A DNA stretch of 64,000 nucleotides from the NCBI GenBank assembly GCA_049589195.1, contig JBAWAH010000048.1, positions 64,250 through 128,249 of the forward strand, read 5' to 3'. This stretch comes from Bacteroidota bacterium. Its GTDB lineage: Bacteria; Bacteroidota; Ignavibacteria; UBA10030; JAHEZR01. The translations under genes and the position numbers were made by a program. Every line of letters begins with the position of its first letter. The stretch's first letter is position 1. The notes below the pieces were generated by a model. It had not been told where the DNA came from and ran no database searches. It saw only the letters and a list, made by a program, of their open reading frames with translations. Positions 28,001 through 37,808 of the stretch are shown here, in pieces.

Positions 28001-31000
28001 CTACCCCGCTGACGGGGATTGGTTCACGCGCTCCACTCCGATCTCGCACGCCTCACCATTAATGTTCCACTGTGCTGAATACTCACCCGGCGAAAACTTC
28101 GGGGAAAACTCGAGTGCAAGAGTTTCTGTCTTGATTGTATCGCCGAATCTGTTCATCGCTTCTGTCACTTTTTCTGTCGCACGGTAGTACACCTTGATTC
28201 GATCAACAATGTCGAACCCTGCGTCCTTCCGCATCCTCTGAATCCGGTTGATGAACTCTCGTGCCAGCCCTTCTTGGATCAAATCTTCAGTCATGGTCGT
28301 GTCGAGCGCAACTGTCAAGCCATTCTCGGATTGGACAAGCCAGCCCTTGATCCCTTCGCTGTGGATCTCGACATCATCTCTCGTTATGACAACTCGCTCT
28401 TCGTTCACCGCGAGCATGATTTCACCTTTTGTCTCAACTTCCCGGATCTCCGCTCGCTCAAGGTTCTTGATGCGTTCGGCAATTCTCTTGACGTTCTTCC
28501 CAAATTTCGGCCCAATGGACTTGAAATTCGGCTTCGCTTTCTTGCTCACGAGAGAAGAATCGCTTTCGATGAACTCGATCCGCTTGATGTTCACCTCATC
28601 TAGGATAATGCTCTCCATCGATTGCAGAGCATGGTGCTCGTCTTCCTTGGAGACGGCAATCATGATCCGGGAGAGGGGCTGACGGACCTTCACATTGGCA
28701 TCTGTCCGGAGTGCGCGAGTCAGAGAGACGACTCGGCGGACGAGGTTCATTCTTTTCTCGAGCTCAGGGTCAATGAGTTCTTCATTCACACTAGGAATGG
28801 CGCAAAGGTGAACGGATTCTTCCGTTTCCCGATGCGTGATATTGTTGAGGTTCCGATATAACTCATCAGCAAGGAACGGCGCAACTGGTGCCATGAGCTT
28901 TGCAACACTGACGAGGCATTCGTAGAGTGTCTGATACGCCGCGAGTTTGTCGTCCCGCCGATCCGCACTTGACCACTTCGACCAAAAACGAGGGCGGTTG
29001 CGGCGGACATACCAGTTCGATAGGGCGTCAATCGTGAAATCATTTACTTCTCGTGCCGCGCGTGTGATGTCATATCCATCCATTGCCTCACGATAACGAC
29101 CGATGAGACTGTTCAGTTCCGACAGGATCCATCGATCAATCTCGCGGCGTTCTTTTGCTGGGATCTCGGCCTCCTGATACGTGAAGCCGTCGAGGTTTGC
29201 GTAGCGAGCAAAAAAAGGTCCGTAGATGTTGATCAGCGCCCGGAAGAAACCTGTCTGGACATTGACAAGGCTCTCCTCGTCGAAAAGCGTTGCGCGCCAG
29301 GGTGGACTATTCGTGAGGAGGTACCAGCGAACCGTGTCGGCACCGTATCTTCTGACAACCTCAAATGGTTCGACGACGTTTCCCGCCGATTTCGACATCT
29401 TCTTTCCCTCTTTGTCAAGGATCAACTCGTTGACAATCAGGTTCTTGTAGGCGGGTCTATCAAACAAAAAAGTCCCGATTGCATGAAGCGAGTAGAACCA
29501 GCCGCGGGTCTGGTCAATGCCTTCGGCGATGAAATCTGCTGGATAATGCTCCTCGAAGAGTTTCTTATTCTCAAATGGATAATGGTGCTGGGCGAACGGC
29601 ATACTCCCTGAATCGAACCACGCGTCGATCACCTCGGAAGTCCTGCGCATTGCTGCACCACAGTCGCTGCATGAGAACGTGATGGCGTCGACGTATGGTT
29701 TGTGAAGATTAAGCGGTTCCGGAACGTTCTTGCCTTCTCTGAGTTCGGCGATGCTGCCGACAGCCTTTTGTTTCCCACACTTTTCACATATCCAAATCGG
29801 GAGGGGTGTTCCCCAGAAACGTTCTCGTGACAGTGACCAATCCTTGTTCTCCTCAAGCCAATTGCCGAACCGCCCAGTCCCGACTTCCTCGGGGTACCAA
29901 TAGATTTCTCTGTTCAACTCGATCATCCGCTCGACGAATTTCGTCGTTGCAATGTACCACGACTCTCTTGCGTAGTACAGGAGGGGAGTTTTGCAGCGCC
30001 AGCAGTGCGGATAGCTGTGGACAATGGTCTCTTTTTTGTAGAGAATGGCACGTCGCTTCAGGTTCTCGATAATCTCGGGATCGGCGTCTTTCACGAATTT
30101 CCCGGCGAAGTCTTTCGCTTCCGGCGTGAAGTTCCCGCTCTTGTCTACCAGTTGGACAAACGGAAGATCGTACTGCAGTCCAAACTTGTAGTCATCCTCA
30201 CCGAATGCAGGAGCGATGTGAACGATTCCGGTTCCATCTTCGATGGTAACAAAGTCTCCGTGAGCGACGTAGAAGGCGCGCTTGTTGAGCGTGGAATAAT
30301 CGAAGAGCCTTTCGTACTCTTTCCCAAGGAGAGCACTGCCTTTGTATCGTTCCAGTATCTTGTACTCACCATCAAGCACACCAAGCCGCGATTCCGCCAG
30401 GATGAGATGCTCGCCGTGGTTCTCAACCTTCACGTAATCGACTTCCTTGTGAACCGCGAGGGCGAGGTTTGAAGGAAGGGTCCATGGTGTCGTCGTCCAA
30501 ACAAGGAAGTAGGTGTTTGACTCGCCCTTCACCTTCATCTTCACATAGATTGAGAGGTCCTTCACATCTTCATAGCCAAGCGCGACCTCGTGGGAGGAGA
30601 GAGAAGTTTCGCATCGCGGGCAGTACGGCTGGCTCTTGTATCCTTTGTAGATGAAGCCCCGATCAAAGAACTGCTTCAACGCCCACCAGACGGATTCAAT
30701 GTACTCGTTCTTGTAGGTGATGTAGGCGTTTTCAAGATCGACCCAGTATGCGATCCGGCGCGTTAACTCATTCCAATCGTTGAGATACTTGAAGACCGAT
30801 TCATAGCATGCTTTGTTGAACTTCTCAATTCCGTACTCGACGATTTCATCTTTGTGCTTGAAGCCGAGAGCCTTTTCGACCTCAATCTCGACGGGAAGTC
30901 CATGCGTATCCCAACCGCCTTTTCGCAGAACTTGATGTCCCATCATTGTCTTGTAGCGGCAGACGAGGTCTTTGATGGTTCGACTCAAGACATGATGTAT

Positions 31001-31189
31001 CCCGGGTTTCCCATTTGCGGTTGGCGGTCCCTCGTAAAAGCTAAACGTGGGCTTGCCTTCACGGGCACTGATGCTCTTCTCGAAGATCTTCTCTGCTTCC
31101 CAGAACTTCAGGATGGAATCTTCGAGTTCTGCGTAATTAAGCTTGTCGCTCAGTTCCTTGAACATCTGTTTGTTGTTACTTCTTTCCAA
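28001..31189 (-). CDS. ileS: isoleucine--tRNA ligase
   Basis: HIGH region (PTANGKPGIHHVLSRT), KMSKS, editing domain, and 1062 aa length. The true start is possibly the internal MFKELSDK at about 31165. Confidence 0.95.
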   Translation of the reverse strand: MERSNNKQMFKELSDKLNYAELEDSILKFWEAEKIFEKSISAREGKPTFSFYEGPPTANGKPGIHHVLSRTIKDLVCRYKTMMGHQVLRKGGWDTHGLPVEIEVEKALGFKHKDEIVEYGIEKFNKACYESVFKYLNDWNELTRRIAYWVDLENAYITYKNEYIESVWWALKQFFDRGFIYKGYKSQPYCPRCETSLSSHEVALGYEDVKDLSIYVKMKVKGESNTYFLVWTTTPWTLPSNLALAVHKEVDYVKVENHGEHLILAESRLGVLDGEYKILERYKGSALLGKEYERLFDYSTLNKRAFYVAHGDFVTIEDGTGIVHIAPAFGEDDYKFGLQYDLPFVQLVDKSGNFTPEAKDFAGKFVKDADPEIIENLKRRAILYKKETIVHSYPHCWRCKTPLLYYARESWYIATTKFVERMIELNREIYWYPEEVGTGRFGNWLEENKDWSLSRERFWGTPLPIWICEKCGKQKAVGSIAELREGKNVPEPLNLHKPYVDAITFSCSDCGAAMRRTSEVIDAWFDSGSMPFAQHHYPFENKKLFEEHYPADFIAEGIDQTRGWFYSLHAIGTFLFDRPAYKNLIVNELILDKEGKKMSKSAGNVVEPFEVVRRYGADTVRWYLLTNSPPWRATLFDEESLVNVQTGFFRALINIYGPFFARYANLDGFTYQEAEIPAKERREIDRWILSELNSLIGRYREAMDGYDITRAAREVNDFTIDALSNWYVRRNRPRFWSKWSSADRRDDKLAAYQTLYECLVSVAKLMAPVAPFLADELYRNLNNITHRETEESVHLCAIPSVNEELIDPELEKRMNLVRRVVSLTRALRTDANVKVRQPLSRIMIAVSKEDEHHALQSMESIILDEVNIKRIEFIESDSSLVSKKAKPNFKSIGPKFGKNVKRIAERIKNLERAEIREVETKGEIMLAVNEERVVITRDDVEIHSEGIKGWLVQSENGLTVALDTTMTEDLIQEGLAREFINRIQRMRKDAGFDIVDRIKVYYRATEKVTEAMNRFGDTIKTETLALEFSPKFSPGEYSAQWNINGEACEIGVERVNQSPSAG

Positions 31190-31406
31190 AGTAAGAGAAG
31201 ATCCAGAGAATTATTGTGAGGAGCAGGCTAAGAACAACACTCGACGCAATCGGAAAATAGAACTGGAAATTTTCCCGCTTAATATGGATATCGCCAGGAA
31301 GTTTTCCCAGGAAAGGAATCTTGTCGAAAAACGTTACCAGCAGCCCGACTCCCACCAGCACTGCCCCGAGAACAATGAGCATTTTTCCAACTGGCATCAT
31401 CTTCAT
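31176..31406 (-). CDS. DUF2905-family small membrane protein
   Basis: 76 aa, two TM helices, with conserved ...FFDKIPFLGKLPGDIHIKRENF... as in DUF2905 proteins. Confidence 0.6.
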   Translation of the reverse strand: MKMMPVGKMLIVLGAVLVGVGLLVTFFDKIPFLGKLPGDIHIKRENFQFYFPIASSVVLSLLLTIILWIFSYFGKK

Positions 31407-31451
31407 TCCTGCTTATCAGAATTCACCCCACATTCATTGGAAATCCCAGGC

Positions 31452-32291
31452 TCAAGATGCTCTCATCCTTCTCACAACTTCTTTCATGATCCTTGTCAGT
31501 TTGGGTTCGGCTTTGTTTGCAACTCTGATGATCTCTTCGACGTTTGTAGGCCTTAAGGCATCCGGGAAACACTCGTCGGTGATGATCGAGATGCCAAGGA
31601 CTTTCATTCTCATGTGATTTGCAGCGATCGTTTCGGGGATCGTGGACATGCCGACAGCATCAGCGCCAATGATCCGAAGGAACCGGTATTCAGCGCCTGT
31701 CTCGAGGTTCGGCCCCGTCATCGCTGCGTATACACCTTTCTGAACTCTGATCTTCTGGTCAAGCGCAACGTCCTCCGCCAGCGTGACCAGCTTTCTGTTG
31801 TATGCTTCCGACATGTCAGGGAACCGTGGACCGAGGTCATCCTCATTCGGACCAATAAGCGGGTTATCTCCGAGGAGGTTAATGTGGTCAACGATGAGCA
31901 TCACGTCGCCCCGCCGAAAGAGCGGGTTGAGTGCGCCGGCAGCATTTGAGATAAGCAAGGTTTTCACACCAAGACCACCTTTCGCTCCCATGACGCGCAC
32001 CGGAAAGGTGATCTGCTGCATCGTGTAGCCTTCGTAGTAATGGAAGCGACCCTGCATTGCGACAACTTTCTTTCCCGCGAGTCTCCCGAAAATAAGCTTC
32101 CCGTGGTGAGACTCGACTGTGGAGACGGGAAAGTGAGGTATCTCCTCGTAAGCGATGACGGTCTCTCTCGCAATCTCTTTCGCAAGTCCGCCGAGTCCGG
32201 TGCCAAGGATGATGCCAATATCTGGCTTCATCTTCGTCTGCGTGCGGATGAAGTCGACGGCTTCTTTTATTTGTGTTTGCAATTCTGACAT
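31452..32291 (-). CDS. purine nucleoside phosphorylase (trimeric PNP/MTAP family)
   Basis: ...IGIILGTGLGGLA..., HHGKLIFG, ...GRFHYYEG... and C-terminal ...VGMSTIPE... match PNP family 2 (punA-like). Confidence 0.85.
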   Translation of the reverse strand: MSELQTQIKEAVDFIRTQTKMKPDIGIILGTGLGGLAKEIARETVIAYEEIPHFPVSTVESHHGKLIFGRLAGKKVVAMQGRFHYYEGYTMQQITFPVRVMGAKGGLGVKTLLISNAAGALNPLFRRGDVMLIVDHINLLGDNPLIGPNEDDLGPRFPDMSEAYNRKLVTLAEDVALDQKIRVQKGVYAAMTGPNLETGAEYRFLRIIGADAVGMSTIPETIAANHMRMKVLGISIITDECFPDALRPTNVEEIIRVANKAEPKLTRIMKEVVRRMRAS

Positions 32292-32324
32292 TCGATAGTC
32301 TCTCGGTCGTTTGAGGAATCGACC

Positions 32325-33029
32325 CTATTTCCGAGGACCGAAGATTGCGGTTCCAATCCGAACCATCGTCGCTCCTTCTTCGATGGCAACCTCAAAGTCA
32401 TGTGTCATTCCCATCGAGAGGTCAGTCATTTCCACATTCTCGATTCCCGCATTCTGTATCTCATCGCGGAGTCTGCGCAATCGCTGGAACGCTGGTCGCG
32501 AGTCCTCAGGGTCTGGCAGAAAAGGTCCAATGGTCATCAGCCCTCTGAGCTTAAGATTCTTCAAGGGCGCGATGGATTTCACAAACTCAAGGGTTTCTTC
32601 CGGCTTTATTCCGAACTTCGTCTGCTCGCCCGAGGTGTTCACCTCAACAAGCACATCTTTGATCCGACCGACTTTCGCCCCACGCTTGTCGATTTCCTCA
32701 GCGACGCTCCGATGGTCAACCGAATGGATGAGGTGGATAAAATCAGCAATGTATTTGACTTTGTTCGACTGTAAATGCCCCACGAAATGCCACCGGATCG
32801 CAGGATTATTGACTTCTGCACGTTTCTCGCGCAGTTCCTGCACAAAATTTTCACCGAAATCGCTGACGCCAAATTCCGCTGCCTCACGCACTCTTGATGC
32901 ATCGAAGGTCTTGGTGACGGCAATCAAACGCACGCCCTGCGGATCTCGTTTGCTTCGCTCGCACGCCTTCTGAATGCGTTCTCGAACGTGTTGAACATTT
33001 TCTGCGATCATCGAGCACAAGGACACCAA
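32325..33029 (-). CDS. yggS: YggS-family pyridoxal-phosphate homeostasis protein
   Basis: ...RLIAVTKTF... (Lys-PLP), ...HFVGHLQSNKVK..., ...LSMGMTHDFEVAIEEGATMVRIGTAIFG. Confidence 0.85.
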   Translation of the reverse strand: MVSLCSMIAENVQHVRERIQKACERSKRDPQGVRLIAVTKTFDASRVREAAEFGVSDFGENFVQELREKRAEVNNPAIRWHFVGHLQSNKVKYIADFIHLIHSVDHRSVAEEIDKRGAKVGRIKDVLVEVNTSGEQTKFGIKPEETLEFVKSIAPLKNLKLRGLMTIGPFLPDPEDSRPAFQRLRRLRDEIQNAGIENVEMTDLSMGMTHDFEVAIEEGATMVRIGTAIFGPRK

Positions 33030-33150
33030 ATATAACTTATTCTCGACAAAAAATCAATCAACCCCCTGACAGGAAAACTTGCCGCTTCTTCCGTTCACTT
33101 GATTTTTACCAATCCTTCTTTTACTTTGATTCTGGTGTCCAGCGCAAAAT

Positions 33151-34593
33151 GTGTTAAGGAACATTTGCATGCGTCCATTTGAGTTCGACAACTACGACGA
33201 TGAGTTCGACGATGCCCCGCGTCGACGAAAAGACCTCGACGACGAGTTAAAGGAGTTGAAAGAAAAGCTCAAAGATGGGTCAGGCGGCATCACGAACATT
33301 GAGGCTCTCGACGAAATCGTGAGTTACTACTTCGAGAATGAGAAGTATGAAGATGCCCTTCATTTTGTCGACATCCTCCTGACGTTTATCCCGTATAGCG
33401 CGGACACATGGCTTCGGAAGGGGATGATCCTCAACAACCTCCAGAAGTACGATGATGCCCTGACCAGCTACGAGAAAGCTCTTGGCTTGAATCCGGTTGA
33501 TCCTGAGGTGCTGATCAACAAGGGGATTGCACTCGACAACCTCAATCGACATGATGAGGCCCTCGCCTGTTTTGACAGTGCGCTTCAAATCGACCCAAAC
33601 AATGAAGACGCGCTGTACAACAGAGGGATCACCCTCGAAAAGATGGAAGAGTTTGAAGAATCCGTGAAGATCTTCCAGTTCATTGTGGAGGGAAACCCAA
33701 GCCACAAGGATGCATGGTATGAGCTTGGATACTGCTACGACTCTCTGAACAGGTTTGAGGATTCACTTCGATGTTACGATGAACACATCAGTCAAGACCC
33801 GTACAACTACAACGCTTGGTACAACCGAGGCATTGTTCTGAACAGGATGGGGAGCTACAGCAAGTCGATTGAGAGTTATGATATGGTCCTCGCCATCAAG
33901 GAAGATTTTCCCGCGGCATGGTACAACAAGGGAAATGCCTATGCAAACATGGGGCGTCTCCACGACGCGATCAACTGCTACAAGCAGACTCTCCGGCATG
34001 ACCCGAAGGATGTGCCCGCTCTCCATAACATGGGGAACGCGTACGAAGAACTCGGTCAGTTTGAAGAAGCGATCAAGAGCTTCGATGAGGTTTTGAAACT
34101 CGATCCCAACCATTGTGAGTCATACTTTGGGCGCGGGAGCTGCTATGATTCACTCCAGCAGTATCGAAAGGCGCTCCGTGATTATAACAAGGCGATCTCC
34201 CTCTCTCGAAACTGCCCAGAACTCTGGTACGCGAAGGCAGATCTTCTCTATAATATTGGAAGAATACGGGACTCGGTGATTTGTTATCGAACCGTGACGA
34301 AGCTGGACCCGCAGAACCACCAAGCATGGTTTGATTGTGGAGAAACGCTCTTCGAGCTAGGGTACCACAGGCAAGCACTGAAAGCTCTCAATCGTTGCAT
34401 AGAGCTCAATCAGAATTGTGCCGATGCTTTCTTCACTCGGGCAAGAGTCCAGTTCGCGCTACACCAGGCTGACGAAGCTGTCGAGTCTCTCAGGATTTCC
34501 TTCCAACTTGATCCGGAAAAGCAGAAAGAATTTGAAAAGGAATTTCCCTCGATACCTTCTCTCAAAGATCTTGCAAGTCTTTTGAAGCGCTGA
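33151..34593 (+). CDS. tetratricopeptide-repeat (TPR) protein
   Basis: About 11 consecutive 34-residue TPR units (AW(Y)N.G.....G....A...Y...L...P). Confidence 0.8.
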   Translation: MLRNICMRPFEFDNYDDEFDDAPRRRKDLDDELKELKEKLKDGSGGITNIEALDEIVSYYFENEKYEDALHFVDILLTFIPYSADTWLRKGMILNNLQKYDDALTSYEKALGLNPVDPEVLINKGIALDNLNRHDEALACFDSALQIDPNNEDALYNRGITLEKMEEFEESVKIFQFIVEGNPSHKDAWYELGYCYDSLNRFEDSLRCYDEHISQDPYNYNAWYNRGIVLNRMGSYSKSIESYDMVLAIKEDFPAAWYNKGNAYANMGRLHDAINCYKQTLRHDPKDVPALHNMGNAYEELGQFEEAIKSFDEVLKLDPNHCESYFGRGSCYDSLQQYRKALRDYNKAISLSRNCPELWYAKADLLYNIGRIRDSVICYRTVTKLDPQNHQAWFDCGETLFELGYHRQALKALNRCIELNQNCADAFFTRARVQFALHQADEAVESLRISFQLDPEKQKEFEKEFPSIPSLKDLASLLKR

Positions 34594-34622
34594 CTGACAG
34601 CCGGGGCTGTGGCAGCGCTCGG

Positions 34623-34670
34623 AAACCTAACGTCTCCTCTGTTCTCCGGTGTTAGGTTTTTGCATTTTGA
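34623..34670 (+). terminator. putative rho-independent terminator (9-bp stem aaacctaac/gttaggttt, long loop, T-tract)
   Basis: Perfect 9-bp inverted repeat at 34623..34631 and 34651..34659, followed by ttttgcatttt, 30 nt downstream of the TPR gene stop. Confidence 0.45.
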
Positions 34671-34700
34671 ATAGAGGCTCTTATTCCTGTTCAATCAACA

Positions 34701-35582
34701 CTGACGAAAATCACAGGGCTCATCGGGCATCCGATCGGGCATTCCCTCTCTCCGATGATGCACAACGCGGCATTCGAGATGTTGAAGCTGGATTACGCTT
34801 ATCTTGCGTTCGATGTTGTGCCGCAGTATCTCACGGAGGCTTTGCAGGGGATCGTCGCGCTCGGCATTGTGGGAGTGAACGTGACGGTTCCCCACAAGGA
34901 AGCAGTCATTCCTCTTCTTGACGACTTGAGCAGTGAAGCCCGAGCGATTGGTGCAGTCAACACAATCGTCAACGAAGGAGGCAAGCTCTCAGGGCACAAT
35001 ACAGATCTGTATGGATTTGTCGAGATGATGAAGCCCCTCCAAAGAGCGATTGAGGGGGAAGAGGTGAGCGTGATCGGCGCGGGAGGTGCGGCGAGGGCTG
35101 TTGTCTACGGCTTGATGACGCATTTTAGGCCGAAAGTAATTCATCTTCTTAATCGAAGCTTGGAACGGGCGAACTCGTTGAGAGAGTTCTTTGCTGGGTC
35201 GACTGGAATTGGACAGATCGACGTCGTGGATCTGTACATGCCGTCCGCCGAGGCGGTGCTGACACAATCAACGCTTATCGTGAACACAACTCCTCTGGGC
35301 ATGGCGCCAAAGATTGACGACTGTCCGATTCGTGAGCCCGGCACCCTCAAGAAGGGACAAGTCCTGGTCGACTTGGTCTACAATCCACCTGATACGAAGC
35401 TTCTGCGACTGGGCAAGCTGAGTGGCGCCACAACCGTGAGCGGCGTCGAGATGCTTTTGCACCAAGGCGCGAGGTCGTTCGAACTCTGGACCAACAAAAA
35501 AATGCCCGTTGATGCAGTGAGGCGAACACTGTACGCGCACCTTACAGATTCCGAAGTCTCTTTGAAGGGGAGTGTGCGTTGA
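34701..35582 (+). CDS. aroE: shikimate dehydrogenase
   Basis: GLIGHPIGHSLSPMMHNAAF (the GxPIxHSxSP signature), ...NVTVPHKE..., ...NTD..GF...GAGGAARAV. The conserved N-terminus extends 18 codons upstream of the ORF-caller's ATG (34755). The frame opens after TGA 34668..34670 and holds no ATG/GTG/TTG, so the start is probably CTG 34701 or a nearby ATH codon. Confidence 0.8.
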   Translation: MTKITGLIGHPIGHSLSPMMHNAAFEMLKLDYAYLAFDVVPQYLTEALQGIVALGIVGVNVTVPHKEAVIPLLDDLSSEARAIGAVNTIVNEGGKLSGHNTDLYGFVEMMKPLQRAIEGEEVSVIGAGGAARAVVYGLMTHFRPKVIHLLNRSLERANSLREFFAGSTGIGQIDVVDLYMPSAEAVLTQSTLIVNTTPLGMAPKIDDCPIREPGTLKKGQVLVDLVYNPPDTKLLRLGKLSGATTVSGVEMLLHQGARSFELWTNKKMPVDAVRRTLYAHLTDSEVSLKGSVR

Positions 35583-35798
35583 GAGAGTCACATCGTTGGA
35601 GGTATTGCTTTCCATTCACGTTACATTTGAAGAAGACTTTCAACTTGGAGAACCCTCTTTGCGGTGGAATTTTGCATTCAAGATGGCTCGCTTCTTCGGA
35701 ACGTGCCGCAAAACAGGACGGTACACTGAATTCGGGCGTAAAACCTATCACCCCATTCCTGCCGCGTCAACCGGTCTGACGGCCTGAAACACCTAAAC

Positions 35799-37808
35799 TT
35801 GGACCCACAGATCGATTCAAAGCCAACCCCCGCCCAGTGGTTCAAAACGCTCGTCATCGGGAGCGCTCGAAGCCTTTATGACAAAAAGGTCTTCCACAAG
35901 CTTTCGTTGATCGCATTCTTGGCCTGGGTAGGTCTCGGTGCGGATGGCCTTTCGTCATCTGCCTATGGTCCAGAAGAGGCCTTCAAAGCGCTGGGCAAGC
36001 ACACGTACCTTGCACTCGGGCTGGCTCTCGCGACTGCCTTCACTGTCTTCATCATCTCCTACGCCTACTCACGGATCATCGAGCATTTTCCATCAGGGGG
36101 TGGCGGATATGTCGTGGCGGGAAAACTGCTTGGTCCGAGGTTCGGCGTTGTCTCCGGGGCGGCCCTCCTCGTGGACTATGTCCTGACGATCTCAGTCTCT
36201 ATCTCCAGTGGAGTTGATCAATTGTTCAGTGTGTTTCCTCAGGAGGCGGCTCACTTCAAGATGATCGTCGTAACTCTCGTCATTGCCTTCCTGATGATCC
36301 TGAATCTGAGGGGCGTTAAAGAGTCCGTCATGACTCTGATGCCCATATTCCTTCTCTTTCTCATAACACATGCGATTCTCATTCTTGGCGGCCTTATCTC
36401 TCACTCATTTGAGGCGACGCATGTAATAGGAGAAGTAAGGAATGATTTCGGGTCGGGCTGGGCAACCCTGGGACTTGCAGGCATGGCTGCCATCTTCGTG
36501 CGCGCGTATTCGATGGGGGCAGGAACGTACACTGGCATCGAGGCCGTATCGAATGGGATTCAGATCATGCGTGAACCCAAAGTCGAGACTGCAAGGCGCA
36601 CAATGCTGTACATGGCGATCTCACTTGCCGTGACGGCTGGGGGAATCCTTGTTCTGTATCTGCTCTTCGATGTAATCCGAGAACCCGGTAAGACGATGAA
36701 CGCGGTGCTGTTCGAACGGTTCGTCGCCGGTTGGCAAATCGGCGGCCTCCACTTCGGGCGCTTCTTCGTCGTGATCAGTCTCGCCGCAGAAGCTGCACTC
36801 CTCTTTGTCGCTGCGCAAACTGGCTTCATCGACGGCCCCCGTGTCATGTCGAACATGTCCATCGACTCCTGGCTGCCGCATCGTTTCAGTTCGCTGTCGG
36901 ATCGTCTGACGATGCACCAGGGCGTCATCCTTATCTCGGTGGCTGCAGTCCTTACGCTTCTTTTTGCTCGTGGGAGCACAAGCACACTCGTGTTGATGTA
37001 CTCAATCAATGTGTTCCTCACGTTCTCGCTTTCAGAAATGGGAATGGTACGGTACTGGATCAGGAATCGAGCGAAATATCCCGATTGGTCGCGTCACATT
37101 ATTATACATCTGATCGGTCTTTGTCTCTGTCTCACTATCCTGGCTATTAATCTCTTCGAAAAGTTTGGTGAGGGCGGATGGGTGACGCTCGTCGTCACGG
37201 CGGCACTCATCGGTTTGTGTTTCCTTATCAAACGCCACTACCAAAGTGTTCTCCACCATCTGAAAAGGCTGGACGACATTCTAAAGGATTTGCCGATAAC
37301 GGCCGACACTCCACCTCAGAAGTTCGATCCCCAGGCCCCCACCGCTGTGCTTCTCGTCGAACACTATGGGGGATTTGGCATTCACACGTTTCTTTCAATC
37401 CTCAGGCTCTTTCCAGACCACTTCAAGAATTTCGTCTTCGTCTCCATTACCGTGATCGATGCTGGAACCTTGAAGGGCGCAGAGGACGTCGATGAAGCAC
37501 GGAAACAAACCGAAGAGTCTCTTAAGCGCTATGTTGAATTGGCACAGCGGCTTGGTTTTCCGGCGGCATATCGCATGAGTGTAGGCACTGAGGTCTTAGA
37601 CGAAGCAGAAAAGCTGAGCGTTGAAGTTGCCAAAGATTACCCGCGCTCTATCTTTTTTGCGGGAAAATTGATCTTCCAGAAAGAACGCTGGTATCAACGA
37701 CTCCTTCACAATGAGACAGCACTGAAGTTCCAGAGGGGGGTCCAGTTTGCCGGCCTTAACTCGATGGTGCTTTCGGTAAGAGTGTTTGAGACTTCGCCGA
37801 CAGGGTGA
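35799..37808 (+). CDS. KimA-family (APC superfamily) K+ uptake transporter with a C-terminal cytoplasmic domain
   Basis: From recalled Bacillus KimA: 12 TM, with strings such as GLGADGLSSSAYGPEE, FPSGGGGYVVAGKLLG, LLVDYVLTISVSISSG and a roughly 230-aa C-terminal soluble domain (WYQRLLHNETAL). 669 aa. Confidence 0.7.
   Translation: MDPQIDSKPTPAQWFKTLVIGSARSLYDKKVFHKLSLIAFLAWVGLGADGLSSSAYGPEEAFKALGKHTYLALGLALATAFTVFIISYAYSRIIEHFPSGGGGYVVAGKLLGPRFGVVSGAALLVDYVLTISVSISSGVDQLFSVFPQEAAHFKMIVVTLVIAFLMILNLRGVKESVMTLMPIFLLFLITHAILILGGLISHSFEATHVIGEVRNDFGSGWATLGLAGMAAIFVRAYSMGAGTYTGIEAVSNGIQIMREPKVETARRTMLYMAISLAVTAGGILVLYLLFDVIREPGKTMNAVLFERFVAGWQIGGLHFGRFFVVISLAAEAALLFVAAQTGFIDGPRVMSNMSIDSWLPHRFSSLSDRLTMHQGVILISVAAVLTLLFARGSTSTLVLMYSINVFLTFSLSEMGMVRYWIRNRAKYPDWSRHIIIHLIGLCLCLTILAINLFEKFGEGGWVTLVVTAALIGLCFLIKRHYQSVLHHLKRLDDILKDLPITADTPPQKFDPQAPTAVLLVEHYGGFGIHTFLSILRLFPDHFKNFVFVSITVIDAGTLKGAEDVDEARKQTEESLKRYVELAQRLGFPAAYRMSVGTEVLDEAEKLSVEVAKDYPRSIFFAGKLIFQKERWYQRLLHNETALKFQRGVQFAGLNSMVLSVRVFETSPTG

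Noticed and set aside
32311-32973. 220-aa plus-strand ORF
   Set aside because: Antisense to yggS, whose conserved PLP-binding motifs lie on the other strand.
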